Virus record (IMG/VR): IMGVR_UViG_3300031957_002643
Span: 248,001 to 312,000 of that record
Direction: 5' to 3' (one strand)
DNA: 64,000 bases
The translations under genes and the position numbers were made by a program. Of this stretch, positions 19,086-28,578 are shown in pieces. The notes under the pieces were generated by a model. That model searched no databases, was not told where the DNA came from, and saw only the letters and a list, made by a program, of their open reading frames with translations. Position 1 is the first letter of the stretch. Each line of letters opens with the position of its first letter.

Positions 19086-19375
19086 TTGATATCCCAACTG
19101 GATTGTGCCCGGCTGTCTTTATCTTTGGCCCATTGATCGTATGGTTTCTACATGTGATCTTTTGGCAACTGATCTGGATCGCCATGGAACAAGTTCTCCA
19201 TGGCATGGAAATGGACAGTGATGACTTCATTCGAAAGTATGGATCAAAGTCCTTGATGCCTGCATTCTGGAAGATCACATACATTCCGGGCTTTTTCTTG
19301 TACTTCATTGTCAAAGAAACTGTGAAGTTCATTCTTCGTCAAATCGGTAGTTATATTCGATTGATGACGAACTAA
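19082..19375 (+). CDS. Membrane protein
   Basis: Two hydrophobic segments. Confidence 0.55.
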   Translation: MIDIPTGLCPAVFIFGPLIVWFLHVIFWQLIWIAMEQVLHGMEMDSDDFIRKYGSKSLMPAFWKITYIPGFFLYFIVKETVKFILRQIGSYIRLMTN

Positions 19376-19382
19376 TTGATTA

Positions 19383-19458
19383 GGGGGTATAGCTCAGCGG
19401 TAAGAGCCGTCGCCTCATAAGCGATTGGTCGTGTGTTCGAATCACACTGCCCCCACCA
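19383..19458 (+). tRNA. tRNA with CAT anticodon, probably Ile2
   Basis: GTCGC-CTCATAA-GCGAT with TGGTC variable loop; body resembles bacterial Ile2; separate fMet- and Met-like genes also present. Confidence 0.75.
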
Positions 19459-19477
19459 CTCTTTAAGGAGGAACAGA

Positions 19478-19978
19478 ATGCTTAGAACTATCTTTGAGGC
19501 TGTGATTGGCCCACTTGGTGCAATGTGGGAATTTATTCTTGGTTCCAAATGGTATAGCCATTGGTTCTTTTTTGGAGATTGGTCCGAAGCAACATATTGG
19601 ACCAATGATTGGTACTTTTATGTTGTCGCTGTCACTACTCTAATTGCGTTCATTCTCATTTACTACCTCGCGCAAATTGTAGAACCCAGAAGCAATCTGG
19701 AAGAATATAATCGTCGCAATTATTCATATAATGCAGGGTGCACTGTTCAACATCAGAATCTTGTATGGCACATCGCCGCATTTCCAGTCTCATTGTTGAT
19801 CGGGGTTGGTGTTTCTGTCGTGCTATTCGTGGTACTCTTCGGACTACCAGTGATCCTCATGGGCGTGTTTAGTATCTGTTGGTTCATGGTTCCAGTATTC
19901 CTCTTTTCTTGGATTGTTGGCCAAGGCTTCAGTATTCTTGAAAAAAGAAAGCCTACTGTATCTGCAAATACTGATTGA
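19478..19978 (+). CDS. Multi-pass membrane protein
   Basis: SD AGGAGG; several TM segments. Confidence 0.65.
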   Translation: MLRTIFEAVIGPLGAMWEFILGSKWYSHWFFFGDWSEATYWTNDWYFYVVAVTTLIAFILIYYLAQIVEPRSNLEEYNRRNYSYNAGCTVQHQNLVWHIAAFPVSLLIGVGVSVVLFVVLFGLPVILMGVFSICWFMVPVFLFSWIVGQGFSILEKRKPTVSANTD

Positions 19979-20027
19979 CAAACAGTTCTCTCCCGTGTAT
20001 AAAGAATATAACACGGGAGAACAACAC

Positions 20028-21179
20028 ATGGAAATCTATTTGGTCGGTGGTGCTGTCAGGGACATGCTCATGGAACGCGAAGTTCGTGACCGTGATTATG
20101 TCGTTGTGGGTTCCACCCCGGAAGAAATGCTGGCCAACGGCTTTAAGCAAGTTGGTGCTGATTTCCCTGTCTTCCTCCATCCTGAAACTGGTGAAGAATA
20201 CGCATTGGCTCGCCGTGAACGCAAGTCGGGCCGGGGCTACCACGGTTTTGAAGTTGAATTCGATCCGACCGTAACCCTTCATGAAGATTTGGCTCGTCGT
20301 GACCTGACCATCAATGCTATGGCGTTTCATGAAGCATCAGAGGAATTGATCGATCCGTTCGATGGTGCCGATGACATTGATGATTGTGTTCTTCGGCCAG
20401 TATCCGAAAAGGCATTCATGGAAGACCCGGTACGTGTTCTGCGTGCTATTCGGTTCCTTGCCCGGTTTGGCGATGAGTGGGACCTTTCATACGAAATTCA
20501 TGAATGTATTCGGAAGATGCTTGCCAACGGTGAATTCAAGCATCTCACCAAGGAACGTGTCCTTCTGGAATTGCAAAAAGCAATGAAGGAACCAAGTTGG
20601 GATGCATTCTTCTATACTTGTATGGCGGTGAATGATCGGTACAACCACACAAGTATATTCCGTACTATCCTGTGTGAAATGGACGGGACGCGCCGATTCG
20701 CAAAGATCGTGGACTATGACGAAGAATGGGAATTGTGTGAAGATATTGCCGAATGGTCAGATGCGAAGCGTATCTATTACATCGCAACTCAAATTCCTGA
20801 CCTCAGCGATATATTTGAATTCCTCAAGGCTCCGAGCGATGATATTCTTCGCGCCAAGATCGCCGGGAAATTTGAAGCCAAAGGCCTCATCTATCTCCTT
20901 ACCACCGCAGACCTGTTCAGTAAGGAGGCAGTCGTTGATGTTGCAGAATTGTTCAACCTCTTTAGCCCGGAAAGCAAACCGTTCCGGTTCATGGTTGATC
21001 TCAAGGATATGGGCAACGAAAACATTTTCGAAGACCTGTACTACGCATCTCGTGAAGCCCGCAAACTGAAGTTTTTTGATTTCGAATCATATAGCGGTGA
21101 TCCGAAAGTTGTTGCTAAAATCCTCAAGAATGCCAGACTTCATGCCGTGTCTGAGTTCTTGAAAAAGAAGGTCATATGA
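20028..21179 (+). CDS. cca: tRNA nucleotidyltransferase (CCA-adding enzyme, class II)
   Basis: MEIYLVGGAVRDML..DRDYVVVG..EDLARRDLTINAMA..EDPVRVLRAIRF. Confidence 0.92.
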   Translation: MEIYLVGGAVRDMLMEREVRDRDYVVVGSTPEEMLANGFKQVGADFPVFLHPETGEEYALARRERKSGRGYHGFEVEFDPTVTLHEDLARRDLTINAMAFHEASEELIDPFDGADDIDDCVLRPVSEKAFMEDPVRVLRAIRFLARFGDEWDLSYEIHECIRKMLANGEFKHLTKERVLLELQKAMKEPSWDAFFYTCMAVNDRYNHTSIFRTILCEMDGTRRFAKIVDYDEEWELCEDIAEWSDAKRIYYIATQIPDLSDIFEFLKAPSDDILRAKIAGKFEAKGLIYLLTTADLFSKEAVVDVAELFNLFSPESKPFRFMVDLKDMGNENIFEDLYYASREARKLKFFDFESYSGDPKVVAKILKNARLHAVSEFLKKKVI

Positions 21180-21180
21180 G

Positions 21181-21205
21181 AAAGGGGGCCGTGAAGCCCC
21201 CTTTC
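21181..21205. terminator. Bidirectional terminator
   Basis: AAAGGGGGC-CGTGAA-GCCCCCTTT between convergent genes. Confidence 0.8.
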
Positions 21206-21673
21206 CTATGATCCGTATGGACCACCAATATTCCCCATACCTATAACCCTATATTTGGAAACCTTTCTTCCGTTGATTAAAACGGGATACTCGTAATTTC
21301 CTCTTTGGGTTCTTTTTGCGACACCCAAGCTCACATCAGCAACACGCAGCTTTAATTGAATGCGTTGAATGATTTCATCTCTTGTTGAAGTCGCATCAAT
21401 TTTGACCCACTTCTTAGGAGACGATTGCAAAATATAAAATATCCAAGGTAATGCTGTGGCTTCAGAAAGAATATTCTCTATCGTTTCTTTGAGTTTTGGC
21501 TTTTGTGGATTATTTTTTGGTGGCATCTGACGAAGCTGATCTTTCACCGTGCCAGCCTCCTCTTCATCATCGGAACCCCAATGGGCAACCTTGATACGAC
21601 CATGACGATCTAACGTTGGCTTTTCGTCTTCGTTCAAGATTGAATTTAATTGTTCTGATGTGACCGGTTTCAT
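21206..21673 (-). CDS. Hypothetical protein with ILxE motifs (TAG stop)
   Basis: LNSILNED and IENILSEA. Confidence 0.6.
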   Translation of the reverse strand: MKPVTSEQLNSILNEDEKPTLDRHGRIKVAHWGSDDEEEAGTVKDQLRQMPPKNNPQKPKLKETIENILSEATALPWIFYILQSSPKKWVKIDATSTRDEIIQRIQLKLRVADVSLGVAKRTQRGNYEYPVLINGRKVSKYRVIGMGNIGGPYGS

Positions 21674-22023
21674 TTTTCTTTTGGACTCAATAGCGCTCTA
21701 AAACCCGAACGAGTCATGTACATATCAATGATGCGACCAACCGCGTCCTCAGCACGATCATAACCCATCATATCAAAATAGTGTTCAGCAACACTCATTG
21801 CAGCAGTTTCAATATTTTCAGGATTAACACCACCAAGCCTGTCCATTTCCTTTTCCATCATGTTGATGGCAGCAGACCAATCAGAAGAACCCCAATCTTC
21901 TTCAATGATCTGGTCCAACTTGGCTGATGTGACTCTTCCGGTACCAGAGTTCTTTTCTGGGCGACCTTCTGATTCTGTGAAGAGAATTTTATCTAAATCT
22001 TTGGATGTTGGTTTATAGTTCAT
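21670..22023 (-). CDS. Hypothetical protein with repeated TSxxLDxIxxE motif
   Basis: TSKDLDKILFTES and TSAKLDQIIEED. Confidence 0.6.
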   Translation of the reverse strand: MNYKPTSKDLDKILFTESEGRPEKNSGTGRVTSAKLDQIIEEDWGSSDWSAAINMMEKEMDRLGGVNPENIETAAMSVAEHYFDMMGYDRAEDAVGRIIDMYMTRSGFRALLSPKEK

Positions 22024-22426
22024 TTTCTAGTGCCTGTCTCATTGCTTGCATCATTGCGCCTGCATCGAACATTCTATCTGGTCCCAATAGTTCATGCATC
22101 ATCTTGGTAGCACGGGCGACTTTATCCTGTGCAACCGCGAGGCCACCACTGATCAAAACGTTCTCAGTTCCAACCATATTGTCACCGCTCAAAACCGGCA
22201 TGACGATGTACCATTCACCGGCTTCACAATACAGAAGACCTGCATTCTTTGTTACCGTTGGGTCTTGACGCATCTGATGTTGCATCGCGGAATGAACGGT
22301 TTCAAATGGTCCTTCCATATTGCCTTCAATAGTATGGAAGATGAAATAGCCATCCTCATGGGTGCCATCAGATTCGACATATTCTCTGAGAATAGCATTC
22401 AACTTGTTGCGTGTTTTATCAGCCAT
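22013..22426 (-). CDS. Hypothetical protein with LxE leader
   Basis: KLNAILREYVES; TAAATA upstream on the minus strand. Confidence 0.6.
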   Translation of the reverse strand: MADKTRNKLNAILREYVESDGTHEDGYFIFHTIEGNMEGPFETVHSAMQHQMRQDPTVTKNAGLLYCEAGEWYIVMPVLSGDNMVGTENVLISGGLAVAQDKVARATKMMHELLGPDRMFDAGAMMQAMRQALENEL

Positions 22427-22473
22427 TTGGGTAAATCCTTCGAAGTTTATACTATTTAGTCATTTCCTATCAT

Positions 22474-22962
22474 ATGATTGACAATAGGATCATGAAACAC
22501 AAAGACGTTATCATCTCTCATCTGAAGAAGCAAAAATTAAAGCCAACTAATCAAATAACAGTTGGGTGTAACGGATTCCTCCTTCAATCATCCGAAGCCG
22601 AAAAAAGAGTTGCAATTCATAAACTCGCGAAATCTCTTGCGCCTCGGATTTGGAAAAAATTAGACAAAAGACGATACCCGATTGATGACGAATTCAAATA
22701 CATCATCATTCCAGAACGATTTGGAAAATCATCAATCAATATCGGTTGGCATCTTCATATCATTCTTTTTCTAACCCCCGAAGAAAAAATAATTTACAAG
22801 CTCCACCGGGAAGCCATAAATCATATTATCAATAACCAGTGCTCGAAATTTTTTCGGTCCATCGATTTGAAAAGCTCATTTGTGAAGAATTACGGTTTTG
22901 TAGACTACGCTTTGAAACATTGTGAAGACTCCTTTGATATCCTTGTATCCAATGCTTTGTGA
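22474..22962 (+). CDS. Putative HUH endonuclease (Rep-like)
   Basis: GWHLHIILF (HUH) and FVDYALKH (YxxK) motifs. Confidence 0.45.
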   Translation: MIDNRIMKHKDVIISHLKKQKLKPTNQITVGCNGFLLQSSEAEKRVAIHKLAKSLAPRIWKKLDKRRYPIDDEFKYIIIPERFGKSSINIGWHLHIILFLTPEEKIIYKLHREAINHIINNQCSKFFRSIDLKSSFVKNYGFVDYALKHCEDSFDILVSNAL

Positions 22963-23161
22963 AATCCTCGATAACCAATCGGTTATGACATGCGATGCGC
23001 TGTTAACCCATTGAATTATCTAGACAATTTGTCTTCTCATTTCGTTGTTGGTTTGCCCATAACGTAGTGTCTAGTATTACCTAATGGTTAGAGATGAGAA
23101 TTCATCACTCATGTAAATCCCATAAGGATAAATACCAGTAAGCCATTATTGGGATTATGAG

Positions 23162-24379
23162 ATGACGACAACTATTACCGGATCAGTGTTATTAAAAGAT
23201 GGTTCTGTTACAGCGGCCAAACTAGCGGATGATTCTATTACCTCAGATAAGATTGCTGACAACGCTATTATTGAAAACGCTTATTCAGACAACAGTATTC
23301 CTTCAGCCGCATACAAAGCACAATCAATTGCGACCAGCGCATTAGCAGACGATGCAGTAACGGGTGCTAAGATTGCTGATAATACGATTTCCAGCAATCA
23401 TTACGCCAACACGTCTATTCCTACTGCCGCCTATCAACTTCTATCTGTCACAACTGCCATTCTTGCAAATGATGCTGTGACCAGTGCCAAACTGGCAGAC
23501 GATAGTGTTGGTTCCGAACATCTCATTGATGATAGTGTGATCCGTGCAGCAATCGGTTCTGCTGCTGTTGGCACCGATGAGATTGAAGATTATAAGGTTA
23601 CGCCTGCTAAGTTAGAAAAAGGCACGCAAGGTGATATTCTGGTCGCTACTGGTGGTGATGGAACATTTACTAGATTGAATGCGGGTGATGATGGTGCCGT
23701 TCTTTCTATGCAATCTGGTGTTCCGGCTTGGACAGGTAATGTTCTTCCTTCTGGTGTGATTATGGACTGGTGTGGACAATCCGCTCCTGATGGATGGGTA
23801 ATGGCGAATGGTAGGGCTATTGGTAATGCATCGTCTGGTGCCTCTGGTAGAGCAAATGATGATACTGAAGCCTTGTTCTTATTCTTGTGGGCAAACTTTG
23901 CCGATGCTCAACTTGCCGTTTCTGGTGGACGTGGTGCATCGGCTCAAGCAGACTTTGATGCGAATAAAACTATTGCATTGCCTGATCTGAGAGGCCGTAT
24001 GACGGTTGGTAGAGACAGCATGGGTTCGAGTAGTGCTGGACGAATTACAACGGCTACAGCGACCGCTGGTGGCAATATAATGGGTGCTACAGGTGGTGTG
24101 GAGCGTGTGACCTTGACGGAAGCACAGATGCCGACGCACAAACACTTTAGTGCAGCGGATAATGGTTTGGAGACGGAATTGGGTGGTTCATACTCGTATG
24201 TTTCTGATACGGTACCTATCCACATTCGTGGTAGGGACGTGAGTGGATTGGATTACTACTTTTGGGGATATAACGCTATATTGGCTCCCACGGTCGGGCC
24301 AACCAGTGAAACCGGTGGTTCGCAACCGCATAGTAATATGGCACCATTCTTTGTATTGAGTAAGATTATCAAGCTATGA
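23162..24379 (+). CDS. Tail fibre/tail collar domain protein
   Basis: Repeated VTxAKLADDS units; LPSGVIMDWCG..APDGWVMANG..LPDLRGR tail-collar domain. Confidence 0.85.
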   Translation: MTTTITGSVLLKDGSVTAAKLADDSITSDKIADNAIIENAYSDNSIPSAAYKAQSIATSALADDAVTGAKIADNTISSNHYANTSIPTAAYQLLSVTTAILANDAVTSAKLADDSVGSEHLIDDSVIRAAIGSAAVGTDEIEDYKVTPAKLEKGTQGDILVATGGDGTFTRLNAGDDGAVLSMQSGVPAWTGNVLPSGVIMDWCGQSAPDGWVMANGRAIGNASSGASGRANDDTEALFLFLWANFADAQLAVSGGRGASAQADFDANKTIALPDLRGRMTVGRDSMGSSSAGRITTATATAGGNIMGATGGVERVTLTEAQMPTHKHFSAADNGLETELGGSYSYVSDTVPIHIRGRDVSGLDYYFWGYNAILAPTVGPTSETGGSQPHSNMAPFFVLSKIIKL

Positions 24380-25224
24380 CATTTCTGATTGGATTATTTG
24401 AAAATGATTTCGATGTTAGTAAATCGTATACTCCGTCACGATCCAAGTTCTGGTATAATCCGAAACTGAACGATGTAATTTTTTTCTCTAATCAAAAACA
24501 TCATACAGAAGTTGCCATTGACCAATTTGATTTGGAGATGGAATTGAATGCTATTGAAGGTGATGCTGATGATGATATCATCAATGAGATGATCGATAAT
24601 GGTTGGGTCAGAGGACATTTCATAGAGAATGATCATATTGAAACCCATTTGAACCTGAACGGTAAACTTCGTGATGTTAGAAGAACACTAAAATGGGCGC
24701 TTTCTACTTTTGGTGAATTTGAATATCTGGTTATGGATGTCACAGACGATCCCTCTGTACCGACATATATCACCAGTGACCAATTTGATTTGTTTGTTCG
24801 GAAAGGTATCAGAAAGCGTTTAGGTGAAAGTCAAGATTATGGTGAAATTTACAAGTCGTGGTACAATACCGCAACTGGTGAGTATTTCGTTATTGATAAC
24901 GCTTTTGACTATCATCATTCTCAATGGATGATCGATCATGGATATTACGAGGGTAATATTGATGTACCATTGGATAGTGATGTGGTCGATAGAGCAGTTC
25001 TTGAAGGATGGGTTCGGATCAGACTAGACCATAGTCATATGCTCGATGCCTACAAATTGAACATTCATGCTTTCAATTACGAGAATGCCAAATTAGGATA
25101 CAGGGCGTTGAAGAAACATGCTCGTGGTGTCAAAATCAGTGGCGTGAATATAGAAACTGCACAGCACTATGAGTCATTCAATTACGAAGCTGACTTCATC
25201 AGATTTATTAATCGCGTGACGTGA
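24376..25224 (+). CDS. Hypothetical protein with LFE leader and an internally duplicated WYN...H...GWVR domain
   Basis: MTFLIGLFEND; WYNPK..HH..GWVR and WYNTA..HH..GWVR. Confidence 0.65.
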   Translation: MTFLIGLFENDFDVSKSYTPSRSKFWYNPKLNDVIFFSNQKHHTEVAIDQFDLEMELNAIEGDADDDIINEMIDNGWVRGHFIENDHIETHLNLNGKLRDVRRTLKWALSTFGEFEYLVMDVTDDPSVPTYITSDQFDLFVRKGIRKRLGESQDYGEIYKSWYNTATGEYFVIDNAFDYHHSQWMIDHGYYEGNIDVPLDSDVVDRAVLEGWVRIRLDHSHMLDAYKLNIHAFNYENAKLGYRALKKHARGVKISGVNIETAQHYESFNYEADFIRFINRVT

Positions 25225-25732
25225 CCATGTGAGTATCATTTAGTCTTCCATATTTGGCGAAGGCTTCTAATGATCTATCATGATCGTGCAATAGATACAC
25301 ATCAGCATTATTATCATCGCCACTATATCTGACTGCAATGAAGAGAGATTGGATATTAGGCTTTTTGTTGAGAAGCCATTTTACGCATCGTTTGATCTTT
25401 TTGATATCAGTGCCTTCAATATTGGAATTGGTTTCCTGTGCTCTGATATCAATCAGTAGACGAACCCATCCTTCTTTCATTGCGGCATACAGGGCTGGAC
25501 CAAAATAACTCAATCCTTCATCTTCAACTGGTTCGTCGATCCCAAAGAAATTTGGATTATCGATGACCAATCTAGAATGGCTTCCATTGGAAAATGATTT
25601 CACCATGGCACAGGTGTTTGATTCCAGATTGATCCAGATTTGGGAATTAGCTCGTGACGTTCCCGGCATGATGTCATCACAGGATGTTGTTACTAGGTTG
25701 GAATTATCGTCTTCAAAAAGGGCCATGAGCAT
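25208..25732 (-). CDS. Paralogue of the 24376 protein (single W.N...H...GWVR domain)
   Basis: MLMALFEDD start just after TAAATA; IWINLE..HSR..GWVR. Confidence 0.6.
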   Translation of the reverse strand: MLMALFEDDNSNLVTTSCDDIMPGTSRANSQIWINLESNTCAMVKSFSNGSHSRLVIDNPNFFGIDEPVEDEGLSYFGPALYAAMKEGWVRLLIDIRAQETNSNIEGTDIKKIKRCVKWLLNKKPNIQSLFIAVRYSGDDNNADVYLLHDHDRSLEAFAKYGRLNDTHMVTSRD

Positions 25733-26104
25733 CCTGATATTTATCATTCCATGGTACTTAGAGATCGTGAAAAATGTCATATAGATAGAACTGAAGCCTT
25801 TAAGTGATGAAGAGTACTGGCTTCCCGCATATGGGTAAGGATGAGGTGGCGACATCCGGTGTGACATATGTTAACCTTGTGAGCGTTTGTAGAACACACA
25901 CTGCACCAAGTTGGACAGCCATCCAGCGGCATCAATGGTAGAGAGGAATGTATCATTGGTGTAATGCAATGTTTATTATAGTATGGTGACTTAATACCAC
26001 GGTGTGCGCATCTAGAGTTTTGTCGGCTCTACATTCCTCCACCGTGGTATTTTTATTTGACACATGGTTGATATATGTGATAAATAGATTACTCTAATGG
26101 TTAT

Positions 26105-26189
26105 GGGGATGTGGCGGAACTGGTAGACGCGACGGATTCAAAATCCGTTTCCTTATGGAGTGGGGGTTCGAGTCCCTCCATCCCTACCA
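26105..26189 (+). tRNA. tRNA-Leu(CAA)
   Basis: Cloverleaf, loop TTCAAAA, variable arm, CCA. Confidence 0.93.
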
Positions 26190-26410
26190 AAACCATAGAG
26201 GTTCAATATGAATAATCTTGTACATTGTTATCGGTGTTCGGGAACGTATAATTCGAATTTACAATACACTCGTGGATTTGTGACAAAGAGTCATGATACT
26301 ACCGGTGATGACAATTTTGTTCATACATCAAGTGTGTCAAGCGGCGATTGTCCCTTTTGTAATAAACCGCCATTATTGGTACCCAAGCAACAATCGTCTG
26401 CGATGTAGTC

Positions 26411-27016
26411 ATGCCTAATAAGAACCCACCGTTTGATAAATCCGTTCTCACCGACTGTGAATGTCCGGCATCCCTAACACATGACATCCGTAGATATTCA
26501 TACATAGAACGTGAAGCCCGTCGCAGAAAGCAAGTTGCTGAAGAAGCAAAACGGGATATGCGCCAAATCAAAACGGATCGTATCCGTAATGGTGACGATA
26601 TCATGGTGTCTGAACATGCTGTGCTTAGATATCTTGAAAGAGCCAAGGGCATAGATGTTGATGCAATCAGAAAGCATATAATCGGTCTATACCTTGAAGC
26701 TGAAGAAGAATATCCGAATGAGTTCGTTACGGATGATTGTGTTCTTCTGCGATCCCAAGACAATGAGAACGTGATAACCACGGTTATCACTAAAGAGATG
26801 TTCGATGCGGCTGAGCGTCAAATTTCCAGAGATGGTTGGAAACGTGCTAAAGTAACAAAGCTCAAAGGTCACATGTTTAAAATGTGTGAAACCGACGAAA
26901 CTATGCTGGAATGCAATCATTGTCATATGATGATGCCGTACACATTTGCGCGTAAAGAGGTGTTGGATTATCTCAATGAACACGCTCCGGGTAGATGCGT
27001 TGATGAACCGATGTAG
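26411..27016 (+). CDS. Hypothetical protein with EHAVLRYLER motif and C-terminal CxxC
   Basis: ORF track. Confidence 0.6.
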   Translation: MPNKNPPFDKSVLTDCECPASLTHDIRRYSYIEREARRRKQVAEEAKRDMRQIKTDRIRNGDDIMVSEHAVLRYLERAKGIDVDAIRKHIIGLYLEAEEEYPNEFVTDDCVLLRSQDNENVITTVITKEMFDAAERQISRDGWKRAKVTKLKGHMFKMCETDETMLECNHCHMMMPYTFARKEVLDYLNEHAPGRCVDEPM

Positions 27017-27027
27017 GAGAACGTCTT

Positions 27028-27357
27028 ATGTATCAACCAGATGGATGGAAATTCGTAAAAATAATTTGGCCAACAGGACTTGAAGATATCAGACTTGCTG
27101 GTGGATGGTCTGGTGGTTATACCACGGGAGATTCATGGAAGCTCAATTCTGGTGTGAACCGAATTGAGAAAGGCGATGGATATTATGATGTTGTTGGTGA
27201 TTCCGGTTCGGTTTATCGGATTAATGAGCACGGTGAAGATCGATCCTTGGCGCTGACCATGGCTTTTTCTTATCTGGACCAACAATTAGAGAATGGAACT
27301 ATTGTTTCTTGGGAGAGACTTGATAGTTCTGAGATATTGAATAAAGAATTTGACTAA
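27028..27357 (+). CDS. Hypothetical phage protein
   Basis: SD AGGAG; GGWSGGY..GDSWKLNSG motif. Confidence 0.65.
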   Translation: MYQPDGWKFVKIIWPTGLEDIRLAGGWSGGYTTGDSWKLNSGVNRIEKGDGYYDVVGDSGSVYRINEHGEDRSLALTMAFSYLDQQLENGTIVSWERLDSSEILNKEFD

Positions 27358-27391
27358 GGTTTGATTTTGTAATATAAGTATTAGTGAACTT

Positions 27392-27482
27392 GGATAGGTG
27401 GCTGAGTGGCTTAAGGCGCTCCCCTGCTAAGGGAGTGGGCACATTGTGTGTCCCGTGGGTTCAAATCCCACCCTATCCGCCA
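27392..27482 (+). tRNA. tRNA-Ser(GCT)
   Basis: Cloverleaf, loop CTGCTAA, long variable arm, G73, CCA. Confidence 0.95.
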
Positions 27483-27510
27483 ATATCACTCGTGACCAGA
27501 AGGAAAGAAA

Positions 27511-27675
27511 ATGGTTACTGTTAATTCAATCTCGTGGACAGGTGATGCTGATGTTCATGTCCCCGTGTCGAATCAAATCCATGCCGGTCTAGAAATTGCA
27601 ACGATTGCGGTTCTGTCGGTTGCAGTCGCCGCAGTGGTCTTGAACCTCGACAAGATCGTTTCCTATTTCGTATAA
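27511..27675 (+). CDS. Small membrane peptide (54 aa), not in the ORF track
   Basis: AAGGA SD; C-terminal IATIAVLSVAVAAVVL helix. Confidence 0.55.
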   Translation: MVTVNSISWTGDADVHVPVSNQIHAGLEIATIAVLSVAVAAVVLNLDKIVSYFV

Positions 27676-28156
27676 TTTGATTGGACCGCCAAATGGTCAA
27701 GAAACAGGTTGATGATTCTGATCGGTATATCGAAATTTCGTGTCCTTGTTGTACGAAGTGTCGATATGATCGAATGAGAAATTGCTGTTTGTTTGGCGGT
27801 CCATTCAAAGGATATGCCAATGTCAAGGATTCGAAGACTGGACAAGATAAAGAGAATTGATCTCTTTATCAATAATTTCGGACTAAAACCAGAACAAAAG
27901 TTACCCTTCATCCGTCCATGGTTGGGAAGAGGGTATCGGTTATATGTATTTGTTGATTATAGATATATTCAGAAGTGTCCAGAACGCATTAATGTAATGG
28001 CGGACTATGCTGCCATTTATAAAGGCCTCCATGAAAAGGCCTTTAAAGATAGATCAGGCAAGAAGATACCATGTTTGGTTAGTGATCCATATGAGAGATC
28101 AATGGTCAGAGGGTGCATGATCGCACTACCTGATCAGTTTGAATTCAAGCGTTAAC

Positions 28157-28528
28157 TTAGATAAGCATTTTCAGGTTGCTTAGTGTTTCTTCACGGTCTG
28201 CCGGATCAATCGGACCAATTCCCAGACAGGTCACAGTCGGTTCATTGAATACAGTACGACCAGCATCTTTTACCAAAGATACACCACATTTCTTTTTGTA
28301 AAGATCAAATAACTCGAACAATTCTTTTGTGGTTTCAACTGCGAGTGTGATTTTCACTGCGGACTGGCTGTCCTTATATTGGGTTGCAAGTTCCGGTGTT
28401 CGTTCCAAAGCATCCCAATAAGCATGTAGGTAGGCATGCCCGGCTTGTGCGGCCAGTTTACCTCTGTTGCCGTTCATGGCCTTCAGTGCTTCTTTACTGA
28501 CGACACAATAGATTTTCAATTCACTCAT
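28157..28528 (-). CDS. Peptidyl-tRNA hydrolase PTH2 family
   Basis: GNRGKLAAQAGHA..VKITL..VKDAGRT..TCLGIGP. Confidence 0.9.
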   Translation of the reverse strand: MSELKIYCVVSKEALKAMNGNRGKLAAQAGHAYLHAYWDALERTPELATQYKDSQSAVKITLAVETTKELFELFDLYKKKCGVSLVKDAGRTVFNEPTVTCLGIGPIDPADREETLSNLKMLI

Positions 28529-28578
28529 TTTGGTCTCCTCATATGAGAATGGGGACCGAAGTCCCCATTCCAATCAGC

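Noticed and set aside
2866-19605. ORFs overlapping tRNA genes (2866-3048, 5515 start, 13055 start, 15106 start, 19433 start)
   Set aside because: Artefacts of reading through tRNA sequence; starts were reassigned downstream or the ORFs were dropped.
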